From assembly GCA_016195325.1 (NCBI GenBank), contig JACPZX010000019.1, positions 8,628 to 72,627 of the forward strand: 64,000 nt of DNA. Direction: 5' to 3'. Of this stretch, positions 34,967 to 47,040 are shown piece by piece (within the stretch, counting starts at the first letter, position 1; every line of letters starts with the position of its first letter). Under the pieces are notes generated by a model, which was not told where the DNA came from, did no database searches, and worked only from the letters and a program-made list of their open reading frames with translations. Source of the DNA: Acidobacteriota bacterium (GTDB taxonomy: Bacteria; Acidobacteriota; Polarisedimenticolia; JACPZX01). A program made the position numbers and the translations under genes.

Positions 34967-36568
34967 ATGATCAAGCCCCTGCTCTCCCTCGCGCTCGTCG
35001 CCGCGCTCGCGTGGACGGCGGCCCCCGCGCAGCAGATCCCGAACGGCCCCGAGTTCCAGGTCAACGCCTACTCGAGCGGGGCGCAGTTCCGACCGTCCAT
35101 CGCCCGCGACGGCGCCGGGAACTTCGTCGTCGTGTGGGAGGACGATGCGCGGGACGGCTCCATGGAGGGGATCTTCGGCCGCCGATTCGCGAGCACCGGG
35201 GCGCCGATCTCGGGTGACTTCCAGATCAACACCTACACCACGGCCGTGCAGTACCACCCCGCGGTGGCGATGAGCCCGTCGGGAGAGTTCGTGGTCGTCT
35301 GGATGAGCTACGGGCAGGACGGCTCCAACATGGGGGTCTTCGGCCAGCGCTTCGACAGCGCGGGGAACGCGGTCGGCGGCGAGATGCAGATCAACACCTA
35401 CACGCCGTCGCTCCAGTCCAACCCGAAGGCGGCGATGGCCCCCGACGGATCGTTCGTCGTGGCGTGGGACAGCTTCGGGGAGGATGGATCGTACGCCGGC
35501 GTCTTCGGCCAGCGATTCAGCAGCTCGGGGCAGCCGGCGGGGAGCGAGTTCCAGATCAACACGACGACGATGTACGACCAGATCGTCCCCCGCGTCGCCG
35601 CGGACGCCCAGGGGAACTTCCTCGTCGTGTGGGTCAGCCACGACGTCTCCGGCTTCGACGTCATCGGGCGGCTGTACGACAGCGGCGGCGCGCCGATCAC
35701 GGGGGAGTTCCAGGTCAACGCCTATACGACGTACGGCCAGTTCTACCCCGGAGTGAGCATGGGGGCGTCCGGAAACTTCGTCGTCTCGTGGACGAGCAGC
35801 CTTCAGGATGCCGGAACCCCCGGCGTCTTCGCCCGGCGGTTCGACAGCTCCGGCACGCCCCTCACGGGGGAGTTCCAGGTCAACACCTACACCACCAGCC
35901 AGCAGACGGCGTCGGTCGTGGCGATGGACGGGTCGGGCGGGTTCGTCGTGTCGTGGATGAGCGAGGGGCAGGACCGCCAGAGCTTCGGCGTCTTCGGCCG
36001 CCGCTTCGACAGCTCGGGGGCTCCCCTCGGCGGCGAGTTCCAGGTCAACACGTACACGACCGGCTATCAGGGAATTCCCTCCGTCGTGATGGACGCGGCC
36101 GGGAACTTCACGGTGGCGTGGGTCGACCAGTTCCAGGACGGCGAGTCGTGGGGGGTCTTCGCCCGGCAGTTCTGCAACGACACCGACGGCGACGGCCTCT
36201 GCGACGCCGAGGACATCCTCGTCACGAGCCCGATTCAGGGGGCCGTCCTCGACTGCTCAAGCCCTCTCCTGACCCGCCCGACGATCACCTGGGACGCCGG
36301 GAACTACGACAGGTTCCGGGTCACCGTCGCGACCGACCCGTCGTTCGCCGCGGGGACCGGGGTGACGAGCGGCAGCGGCCTGCTGACGTCCACTTCATGG
36401 ACGCCGCCGGGTAAGAAATGGAAGAGCGCGTGCGGCAAGGCGCAGGCGGCGAACCCGTCGAGCCCCGTCCTCTTCGTGAGGGTCTTCGGCGTGGACCTCA
36501 ACGTCTCGAAGCGCGATCCGCACCGGAAGACGTTCAGCCAGGTCGTGCAGGCGGGTGTGACGCCGTAG
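34967..36568 (+). CDS. secreted protein with eight ~47-aa repeats (EFQVNTYTT...GNFVVVW...QDGS..GVFGQRFDS.G) plus a conserved C-terminal domain
   Basis: Signal peptide MIKPLLSLALVAALAWTAAPA. There are eight tandem repeats. The C-terminal ~130 aa are shared with the paralog at 45311. The start is uncertain (TTG 34928 is the alternative). Confidence 0.8.
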   Translation: MIKPLLSLALVAALAWTAAPAQQIPNGPEFQVNAYSSGAQFRPSIARDGAGNFVVVWEDDARDGSMEGIFGRRFASTGAPISGDFQINTYTTAVQYHPAVAMSPSGEFVVVWMSYGQDGSNMGVFGQRFDSAGNAVGGEMQINTYTPSLQSNPKAAMAPDGSFVVAWDSFGEDGSYAGVFGQRFSSSGQPAGSEFQINTTTMYDQIVPRVAADAQGNFLVVWVSHDVSGFDVIGRLYDSGGAPITGEFQVNAYTTYGQFYPGVSMGASGNFVVSWTSSLQDAGTPGVFARRFDSSGTPLTGEFQVNTYTTSQQTASVVAMDGSGGFVVSWMSEGQDRQSFGVFGRRFDSSGAPLGGEFQVNTYTTGYQGIPSVVMDAAGNFTVAWVDQFQDGESWGVFARQFCNDTDGDGLCDAEDILVTSPIQGAVLDCSSPLLTRPTITWDAGNYDRFRVTVATDPSFAAGTGVTSGSGLLTSTSWTPPGKKWKSACGKAQAANPSSPVLFVRVFGVDLNVSKRDPHRKTFSQVVQAGVTP

Positions 36569-36584
36569 GAGTGGGGTGTCCGAA

Positions 36585-37655
36585 CTAACTCTGAGCCGGC
36601 GTCCCCTCACCTGAGCCTGCGGGCTTGGGGATCGCCGCGGCGTTCTCGGTCGTCTTCGGGAAGACGCTGAGCCCCTCGGCGCCGGGAATGGTCGCGCCGG
36701 GGACGGCGCGTCCCTCCTGGTAGGAAAATCCGATGTACGGATCCCAGTTGAACTTCCGGTCGACGACGATCGCCTCCTTGATGCAGAAGGTCTCGCAGAT
36801 GCCGCACGACACGCACGTGCGCTCGTCGACCCAGGCGACCTTGCCGGTCATGTCGGCCGGGTAGCCCCCTTCCTTCATGCGATCCGGCGCGTCGACCAGG
36901 TGGATGCAGTCGAAGGGGCAGGTGTCGATGCAGTACTCGCACCCCGAGCAGAGGTCCGGGATGACCACCGCCTTCGGGATGTCCTTCGCCTTGATCCTCT
37001 TCACGAGGTCGTCCCACTGATCCACGATGGCGTCGTACGGGCAGAAGATGCCGCAGACGCCGCAGTTGATGCAGAGGTCGGGCTCGATGACGAACATCTC
37101 CTTCTTGATGCCCGTGATCGCATTGGTCGGGCACTTCAGCTCGCAGATCTCGCAGCCCACGCAGTCGTTCGTGATGTAGTGGCCGCGCCACTCGTACTTC
37201 TCGCCGGCCGGAGCCCCCACCTTGTGCACGACGACCGTCAGCGTGCGGTTCCAGTACCGGACGTCGTACCCCACGGCCGTCTCGGGCATGTCGAAGTGAA
37301 CCGAGAACTTCTGGGGGAAGTCGGGAACGCGCCCGCAGAGCTGCGACGTCAGCGCGTCCTCGAGCGTTGCGTGCGCCCAGAGGACGTTTCCCTTCATCTC
37401 GACGTGGTACTTGTAGTCGGGAAGGAGATCGGGCATCCCGTGGCGGTACTTCAGGGGATGGTTCGGCGTGCGCGACGGGAAGCTGATCGTCGCGACGTAG
37501 CGATCGCCGTTGTCGACCATGCCGCTCGCGCGGCCGAACCGGCGGTCCAGCTCGAGAGGGTCGAGAGGATCCTCACGGTGGATGAGCCACTCCTTCTCCC
37601 ACCCGTCGACGTCTTTCAGCCCCGCGATGCTCTCGAGCTCCGCAACCGTTTCCAA
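36585..37655 (-). CDS. 4Fe-4S dicluster-domain protein with an unassigned ~170-aa N-terminal domain
   Basis: Four cluster motifs: CVGCEICELKCP, CINCGVCGIFCP, CSGCEYCIDTCP and CVSCGICETFC. The N-terminal domain (..RYVATISFPSR..FSVHFDMPETAVGYDVRYWNRTLTVVVHK) loosely resembles an HSP20/CS beta-sandwich. Confidence 0.8.
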   Translation of the reverse strand: METVAELESIAGLKDVDGWEKEWLIHREDPLDPLELDRRFGRASGMVDNGDRYVATISFPSRTPNHPLKYRHGMPDLLPDYKYHVEMKGNVLWAHATLEDALTSQLCGRVPDFPQKFSVHFDMPETAVGYDVRYWNRTLTVVVHKVGAPAGEKYEWRGHYITNDCVGCEICELKCPTNAITGIKKEMFVIEPDLCINCGVCGIFCPYDAIVDQWDDLVKRIKAKDIPKAVVIPDLCSGCEYCIDTCPFDCIHLVDAPDRMKEGGYPADMTGKVAWVDERTCVSCGICETFCIKEAIVVDRKFNWDPYIGFSYQEGRAVPGATIPGAEGLSVFPKTTENAAAIPKPAGSGEGTPAQS

Positions 37656-37741
37656 GAAACCGCCCTCCCGAACGCGTCTGCCTGATATCGGGGATTCTAC
37701 GGGCCCGACCCATGCGGGTCAAGGAAGCCTGCTCCCGCGCC

Positions 37742-38206
37742 CTACGGCATCGACGGGCGGAGCACCTTGAGAATCAGCGTCGTCAGCTCCGTCGCCTGGA
37801 CGTCGGGTTTGTCCCCTCCCGACTCGGCCGCGAAGCGTACGCGGATGCGCGGCGGTCCCTCCCCACCTCGCCCAGGATCCCGCCCCGAGATCTCCAGAAC
37901 GACCCCCTTGTCGCCGTAGTTGAAGACCGCCGTGACCCTGACGTCCTGCCCCGCCTTGAGCACGACCGGCCGCGCCGTGTCGTTGTGCCGCCACCCCTTG
38001 ATGTCGAGCGCCGGCGCCGGCTGCCCCCCCGGCTCCGGCAGGTGCAGATCGGCGAGCAGCCGAAAGTCATGCCCATCGCAGACGGTGACGACCTGATCGA
38101 GCACCTCCTTCACCGCCGCCAGAGGCGCCCCGACTCCCACCCCCACCCAAGAGATCGCTCCGGCCAGCAGGAACCGCGCGATCCACGTGCCGGAGAGTCG
38201 CGACAT
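37742..38206 (-). CDS. small secreted hypothetical protein (154 aa)
   Basis: 3' part of ORF 37742..38515 from ATG 38206 (or 38218). Signal-like MSRLSGTWIARFLLAGAISWVGVGVGA. The upstream part of the ORF runs through a noncoding repeat. Confidence 0.5.
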   Translation of the reverse strand: MSRLSGTWIARFLLAGAISWVGVGVGAPLAAVKEVLDQVVTVCDGHDFRLLADLHLPEPGGQPAPALDIKGWRHNDTARPVVLKAGQDVRVTAVFNYGDKGVVLEISGRDPGRGGEGPPRIRVRFAAESGGDKPDVQATELTTLILKVLRPSMP

Positions 38207-38260
38207 GCCCCGTATCATCGAGACGAATGCCACCCGAGTCAAGGCACCCAACGAGCGGTT

Positions 38261-38438
38261 GGCGAGACTGTTTGCGGCGTGGGAGCGTCTGAGACGAACC
38301 CGGGTACCCGCGGAGGCGCCGGCGCCTCCTGTCATCGAACAAGACGGCGCCGCCGCAGCGGGTGGGTGAGCGAAGCCGAGGCCGAGCGCGATTACTTCAC
38401 GCGCGGAGGCCGGCTCCCACGACGCAAACAGTCTCGCC
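38261..38438 (+). repeat. structured intergenic element, copy A (family of three in this window)
   Basis: A 26-bp terminal stem (38261-38286 with 38413-38438, 1 mismatch), an internal palindrome GGAGGCGCCGGCGCCTCC, and conserved blocks CCCGGGTACCCG and CCGAGGCCGAGCGCGATTACTTCACGCGCGGAGGCCG shared with 56448..56610 and 56684..56870. Confidence 0.8.
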
Positions 38439-38501
38439 ACCCGCGCAACCGACCTCCGCCTTGACTTGCGATCGACCCCGCCCGCAAGATCGCGGGGACG
38501 C

Positions 38502-42344
<3,843 letters not shown>

Positions 42345-42376
42345 TGGGGGCCGGGGCGACGCATCGATAATTTTGA

Positions 42377-42405
42377 TTGACGGCCCCGCCGAATGACCGT
42401 ACGCT
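42377..42405 (+). promoter_or_regulatory. candidate promoter TTGACG-17-TACGCT
   Basis: Located in an AT-rich patch (GATAATTTTGATTGACG). If it is used, the transcript would start near 42412. That would favour GTG 42459 (GGAG 8 nt upstream) or GTG 42477 as the true start of the IPTL-CTERM gene. Confidence 0.3.
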
Positions 42406-43274
42406 TTGGCCGACTATCTTCCGTGTCGGCCCGCCGTCTCTTCCCGGAGCCTACGAGGGTGACCCTGAGCCCCAACGTGCGCCGCGCCAACGTCCTCGCA
42501 GCCGCTGGCCTTCTCCTCGCCCTCGTCCCGTACACCCTCGCCTCCGCCGGAATCATCGAGCTGGGCCGCAAGGGGCAGCTGGCGGGCGGTAGCACGTTCA
42601 CCGTCATCGTCGAGGGGCGGACCTTCAGCGAGGGAAGCCACATCGTCACCGAAAACGTCGCGAGCATCGCCGAAAAGGTCCGGGCCAACATCGACGCGAG
42701 CCCCTTCTACACCGCGACCATTCCCGATCCAACCAACAACCCCACGAACATCACGATCTTGCGGGAGACGGGCATCGAGCCGTACTCGCTCGAGGTCTTC
42801 ATCAGCGACCCGAACATCGGCGGGGCCTTCGTCGACGCGGGCAGTCTCCCCTCCACGTCAGGCACCTTCCAGGGGGCGAACGCGATCGCTCACAACGGGA
42901 ACTTCGAGATCGACGTCACGGTCTTCTGCCCGGGGATGCCGCCGATGGTCTTCACGCACGTGGTCTCGACAGCCCCTGCCACGAAGACCGTTGCCGACGT
43001 CAACGCCGAAATGGTCGCGCTGCTCCGAGCGAGCGGCTTCTCCGTGAGCGGGCCGACCCTCGGCAACACCTACACCCTCTATGTGCAGAGCAACCAGCGC
43101 CTCCAGCGGATCGAGATGAACCGCACAGACACCGGCATCACCACGAGCGGCGTCGGTGAGACGACGCAGTCCCAGGCCAACGTCCCCACTCTCTCCGAGT
43201 GGGGCCTCGTCTTCCTGGCGGCTCTGGTGGCCCTCGGGGGCGCGCTTCTCCTTCGCCCCGGGTCTCCCGCCTGA
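42393..43274 (+). CDS. IPTL-CTERM sorting-domain protein (paralog 1)
   Basis: C-terminus VPTLSEWGLVFLAALVALGGALLLRPGS is the IPTL-CTERM type. The signal-like region LLLALVPYTLASAG and the body are collinear with the next gene. The start is uncertain (42393, 42459 or 42477). Confidence 0.75.
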   Translation: MTVRFGRLSSVSARRLFPEPTRVTLSPNVRRANVLAAAGLLLALVPYTLASAGIIELGRKGQLAGGSTFTVIVEGRTFSEGSHIVTENVASIAEKVRANIDASPFYTATIPDPTNNPTNITILRETGIEPYSLEVFISDPNIGGAFVDAGSLPSTSGTFQGANAIAHNGNFEIDVTVFCPGMPPMVFTHVVSTAPATKTVADVNAEMVALLRASGFSVSGPTLGNTYTLYVQSNQRLQRIEMNRTDTGITTSGVGETTQSQANVPTLSEWGLVFLAALVALGGALLLRPGSPA

Positions 43275-43277
43275 CGA

Positions 43278-43319
43278 CCGGTCCATGAGAGCCGGTCCAT
43301 GAGAGCATGAGAGGATGAG
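43278..43319 (+). repeat. short tandem repeat CCGGTCCATGAGAG x2, followed by CATGAGAG and GATGAG
   Basis: Units at 43278-43291 and 43292-43305, with partial units to 43319. It lies in the 51-nt spacer between the two IPTL-CTERM paralogs and supplies the purine-rich RBS region of the second gene. Confidence 0.85.
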
Positions 43320-43325
43320 CCGCGC

Positions 43326-44135
43326 ATGCGCCGATTGACGAGAACCCCGAGAGGCGCTGCCGCCCTTCTCATCGCACTCCTCCCGTGCACCCTCGTCTCG
43401 GCCGGCATCATCGAGCTGGGGAGGAAGGGTCAGCTCGCCGCGGGGAGCTCGTTCACGGTCCTGGTGGCGGGCACTCCTTTCTCCGACCCGAACCATGTGG
43501 CTGGTGAGGATGCCTCGGTCATCCTCGGGCGCATCCGGGCCCAGATCGCCGCGTCCGGCTACAACGCCGTCACCGTGACCAGTCCGACGGACCCCAACCT
43601 GAACGCGATCGGGATTACGAACGCGATGGGGATGGAGCCGGCCTCGCTTCAGGTCAACGTCTCCGACGCGAACATCGGCGGCGCCGTGGTCGACTTCGGC
43701 GCGCTCGGCGGAGCCACCGCGACCGTGGCGGGCGCCAACGCCGTCACCGGGAACGTGGGCGGCACCTTCGAGATCGACATCACCCTCACGACCGGGGCGC
43801 TCTTCACTCAGATCGTGACGACTCCCTCGAAGTCGGCCACGACGGTCAACAGCGATATGGTCGCGGCGCTCACGGCGAACGGATTCACCGTCGCCGGCCC
43901 GACGAACGGCCCGTGGACCATCTCGAGGGTGGGGGCGAACCTCGCGCGGGTTCAGATGAAACGCACGGACACGGGGATCAGCGTCAGCAACGTGACGCTC
44001 GTCTCGGCGCCCGCGCCCTCCGCGCCGGTGATCGTGGCGACCATCGGGACGCCGATCCCGACGCTCTCGGAGTGGGGGCTGGTCTTCCTCGCCGCGCTCG
44101 TCGCCCTCGCGGGGATCCTCCGCCTCCGGAGCTGA
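43326..44135 (+). CDS. IPTL-CTERM sorting-domain protein (paralog 2)
   Basis: Signal peptide MRRLTRTPRGAAALLIALLPCTLVSAG. Shared block GIIELGRKGQLAAGSSFTV. C-terminus IPTLSEWGLVFLAALVALAGILRLRS. Confidence 0.8.
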   Translation: MRRLTRTPRGAAALLIALLPCTLVSAGIIELGRKGQLAAGSSFTVLVAGTPFSDPNHVAGEDASVILGRIRAQIAASGYNAVTVTSPTDPNLNAIGITNAMGMEPASLQVNVSDANIGGAVVDFGALGGATATVAGANAVTGNVGGTFEIDITLTTGALFTQIVTTPSKSATTVNSDMVAALTANGFTVAGPTNGPWTISRVGANLARVQMKRTDTGISVSNVTLVSAPAPSAPVIVATIGTPIPTLSEWGLVFLAALVALAGILRLRS

Positions 44136-44197
44136 TCGCTCCCCTCCCGGCCTGTGGTACGATCCCCGCCCCGGCCCCCCGTTCCGAGGAGATCGCT

Positions 44198-45127
44198 TTG
44201 TCCGACGCGGTGTCCGCATATCTCGCCTCGATCCTCATCGGCTCCCCGCAGGTCCACGAGAACCTGACGCTCCTCCCCCTTCTCGCCTCCCGCGAGACGC
44301 CGGTCGAGTACGTCTCCCTCGACGACGCCCTGAAGTCGGGGCAGGTGGAGATCGCCGAGATCCACGAGGCGGGAAGCGTCCAGAACATCAAGGTCGTGAA
44401 CCGGGGGGCGAGCAAGGTCCTGATCCTCGACGGCGAGCAGCTCGTCGGCGCGAAGCAGAACCGGATCTCGAACGCGTCGTTCATCATCCCGGAGATGAGC
44501 GAGAGGGTCATCCCGGTCTCGTGCATCGAGGAGGGGCGCTGGCGCTCCACGTCGAAATCGTTCGGCGGCACCGACTCGATGTACGCCGCCTTCGGCCGGC
44601 GGGCCAAGCTCCACGACACCACGTCGATGCTCCGCGTGAAGCGCGAGTTCCGCTCCGATCAGATCAAGGTCTGGGACACGGTGAAGAAGTACCTCGGCGA
44701 GAGCGGGACGGCGTCGAGCACCGGCTCGTTCGTCGACTACCAGGACGCGAAGCGGGGGGACCTCGACGCGTACCTCGCCGGGTTCCGCTCGGAGCCCGGC
44801 CAGGTCGGGGTGATGGTCCTCATCGACGGGAAGCTCCAGGGGCTCGACACCTTCGGCCGCCTCATCACGTGGCAGGGGGTCTTCCGCAAGCTGATCCGCT
44901 CGTACGCCATGGACGCCATCGTGAGGGCGACCGTCGAGCCGGCACCCGGAGCCCGGGCCCCTCTCGCGCCTCAGGAATTCCTCGACGCCCTCGACGCCGC
45001 GCCTCGCGAGAGCTTCGATTCCCCCGGCGAGGGGGTGGACATCCGCATCGAGACCGACGCGCTCCTCGGCGCGGCGCTCGTTCTCCGCGACGGCGTGCTG
45101 CACCTGACCGCCTTCCCGAAGACCTGA
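44198..45127 (+). CDS. conserved hypothetical protein (309 aa; may correspond to the DUF6569 family, recalled from memory)
   Basis: TTG 44198 with GAGGAG 6 nt upstream. HENLTLLPLL..EYVSLDDALKSGQVEIAEI..VLILDGEQLVGAKQNRISNASFII..PVSCIEEGRW. Confidence 0.6.
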   Translation: MSDAVSAYLASILIGSPQVHENLTLLPLLASRETPVEYVSLDDALKSGQVEIAEIHEAGSVQNIKVVNRGASKVLILDGEQLVGAKQNRISNASFIIPEMSERVIPVSCIEEGRWRSTSKSFGGTDSMYAAFGRRAKLHDTTSMLRVKREFRSDQIKVWDTVKKYLGESGTASSTGSFVDYQDAKRGDLDAYLAGFRSEPGQVGVMVLIDGKLQGLDTFGRLITWQGVFRKLIRSYAMDAIVRATVEPAPGARAPLAPQEFLDALDAAPRESFDSPGEGVDIRIETDALLGAALVLRDGVLHLTAFPKT

Positions 45128-45145
45128 ACGGCCGGCGTGGAACGC

Positions 45146-45175
45146 TTGACAGCCCTCGACGCCCTTCTCTAGTAT
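45146..45175 (+). promoter_or_regulatory. sigma-70-type promoter of tRNA-Glu (TTGACA-18-TAGTAT)
   Basis: Perfect -35 at 45146-51 and -10 TAGTAT at 45170-75. The mature tRNA 5' end at 45183 is 8 nt downstream. Confidence 0.6.
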
Positions 45176-45182
45176 CCGCCTC

Positions 45183-45257
45183 GGCGCTATCGTCTAGGGG
45201 TCAGGACGGATGGTTCTCAGCCATCAGACCGGGGTTCGAATCCCCGTAGCGCTACCA
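45183..45257 (+). tRNA. tRNA-Glu (anticodon CTC), CCA encoded
   Basis: Hand-folded cloverleaf. Acceptor GGCGCTA/TAGCGCT (G-U at 1:72), D-arm GTC..GAC with TAGGGGTCAG loop, anticodon stem GATGG/CCATC with loop TTCTCAG, T-arm CGGGG-TTCGAAT-CCCCG, discriminator A, then CCA. Confidence 0.9.
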
Positions 45258-45310
45258 TGACCCTGCCCGCCCCTCTCGTTCCGCTCCCCACCCGCACGGA
45301 GGTTGAATCG

Positions 45311-47002
45311 ATGTCACGATTCACCGTCGCCGCTCTCGTACTCGCCTCGGGCATCACGTTGATTTCGGCCCAGCCCGTCAAGAACGGGCCCGAGATCCAG
45401 GTCAACACCCACCAGCCCGGCTCCCAGCAGCGCGCCTCCGTCGGCCGGGATGGCCTCGGAAACTTCGTGGTCGCGTGGCAGAGCGAGGGGCAGGATGGCT
45501 CAGGATACGGCATCTTCGGCAGGAGGTTCGGCGCGTCGGGCACCGCCGCCGGCGGCGAGTTCCAGATCAACACCTACACGCCGAACGATCAGTACGCTCC
45601 GAAAATCGCGATGAACCCGTTCGGCGAGTTCGTCGTCGTGTGGTACAGCTACCGCCAGGACGGGTCCGGATACGGCGTCTTCGGCCAGCGCTTCACGAGC
45701 GCCGGGTCCGCTCAGGGGAGCGAGTTCAGGATCAACACCAGCACCCTGGGAGATCAGTTCGACCCATCGGTCGCCATCGGCGACTCCGGCGAGTTCGTGG
45801 TCGCGTGGACCAGCTACGCCCAGGATGGCTCGGCGGACGGAGTGTTCGGCCAGCGCTTCGACAGCGCGGGCGTGCCCCAGGGGACCGAGTTCCAGGTGAA
45901 CACGTACACGACCAGCGACCAGCGGAAGGCGGCCGTCAGCGTCGGCCCGCTGGGCGAGTTCACCGTCGCGTGGGAGAGCTTCGGGCAGGACGGATCCAAT
46001 CTCGGGGTCTTCGGCCAGAGGTTCGACAGCTCCGGCGCCCCGCAGGGGGCCGAGTTCGCGGTGAACACCTACACGACCAACCGGCAGCAGCTTCCTTCCA
46101 TCGGCACGGACTCCTCGGGCAACTTCGTGGTGGCATGGCAGAGCCGCAACCAGGATGGCTCGGGCGACGGCGTCCTCGCCCGGCGGTTCGACAGCACCGG
46201 CGCCGCGCTGGGGACCGAGTTCCAGGCGAACACGTTCACGACCGGCAATCAGAACTCCGCCTCCGTCGGCATCGACCCCTTCGGCGAGTTCACGGTGGCG
46301 TGGCAGAGCTACGGGCAAGATGGCGACGGCTTCGGAATCGTGGGACGGCACTTCAGCTCCAGCGGTGCGCCCGCGGGGGGCGAGTTCCTCGTGAACTCCT
46401 CCACCACCGGCTACCAGACGCAGCCCGAGGTGGCCATGGACCCGCAGGGGGACTTCGTCGTCGTGTGGCAGGACGATTTCCTGACCGGTTCGTTCGGCGT
46501 CTTCGCCCAGAGCTTCTCCGGCCCGCTCTCGTGCCCTCCCGGCGATGCCGATGGGGACGCCGTCTGCGACAGCGTCGACAATTGCCTCTCCCTCTACAAC
46601 CCCGGCCAGGACGACACCGACCACGACGGTGTCGGGGACGCCTGCGACGTCATGATCACCGCTCCTCCCGGCGGAACGACCCTCGACTGCAACACCCCCC
46701 TGACCGTCCGGCCGACGATCACCTGGGACGGCGGGATGTACGACACATTCAGAGTGTTCGTCAGCCCGGATCCGAACTTTCCCGCGAACAACCGCGTCTC
46801 GAGCGGCGCAGGCGCGCTGAAGACAACGAGCTACACGCCCCCGGGGAGGAAATGGAAGGGAGCCTGCGCGAGGGCGAAGAAGGCGAACCCCACGGACCCC
46901 GTTCTGTTCATCAAGCTCTTCGGACAGGACCTCCAGGCCACGGCCGCCAACCCCGACCGGCGCACCTTCAGTAATGTCGTCAAGGTCTTCGTCACACCCT
47001 GA
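45311..47002 (+). CDS. secreted protein with eight ~47-aa EFQVNTYTT-type repeats, a TSP3-like Asp-rich segment and a conserved C-terminal domain (paralog of 34967..36568)
   Basis: ATG 45311 with GGAGG 8 nt upstream. Signal peptide MSRFTVAALVLASGITLISA. DADGDAVCDSVDNCLSLYNPGQDDTDHDGVGDACD is a calcium-binding-type repeat. The C-terminus RPTITWDGGMYDTFRVFV..PPGRKWKGAC matches the paralog. Confidence 0.8.
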   Translation: MSRFTVAALVLASGITLISAQPVKNGPEIQVNTHQPGSQQRASVGRDGLGNFVVAWQSEGQDGSGYGIFGRRFGASGTAAGGEFQINTYTPNDQYAPKIAMNPFGEFVVVWYSYRQDGSGYGVFGQRFTSAGSAQGSEFRINTSTLGDQFDPSVAIGDSGEFVVAWTSYAQDGSADGVFGQRFDSAGVPQGTEFQVNTYTTSDQRKAAVSVGPLGEFTVAWESFGQDGSNLGVFGQRFDSSGAPQGAEFAVNTYTTNRQQLPSIGTDSSGNFVVAWQSRNQDGSGDGVLARRFDSTGAALGTEFQANTFTTGNQNSASVGIDPFGEFTVAWQSYGQDGDGFGIVGRHFSSSGAPAGGEFLVNSSTTGYQTQPEVAMDPQGDFVVVWQDDFLTGSFGVFAQSFSGPLSCPPGDADGDAVCDSVDNCLSLYNPGQDDTDHDGVGDACDVMITAPPGGTTLDCNTPLTVRPTITWDGGMYDTFRVFVSPDPNFPANNRVSSGAGALKTTSYTPPGRKWKGACARAKKANPTDPVLFIKLFGQDLQATAANPDRRTFSNVVKVFVTP

Positions 47003-47040
47003 GCGGGCGGGGGCGCCGTGACGGCGCTCCCGGCCGCACC

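Noticed and set aside
38340-38420. Whether the conserved core of the repeat encodes a peptide (..EAEAERDYFTRGG.. on one strand, ..SAREVIALGLG.. on the other), as the overlapping track ORFs suggest.
   Set aside because: The core is identical at the DNA level in all copies, so there is no synonymous-substitution signal. The surrounding ORFs differ in frame and partner sequence between copies, have shadow-like composition and lack starts with an RBS. The flanks are constrained for base pairing instead.
38461-38490. TTGACT-18-CAAGAT as the promoter of the kinase gene, with a near-leaderless start at 38502.
   Set aside because: The -10 match is weak (3 of 6). I did not list it as a feature. It is mentioned only because it would place repeat copy A upstream of the promoter rather than in the 5' UTR.
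45100-45320. tRNA-Glu as an integration site for a genomic island.
   Set aside because: There is no integrase and no repeat of the tRNA 3' end in the neighbourhood. The flanking genes have native-like GC.
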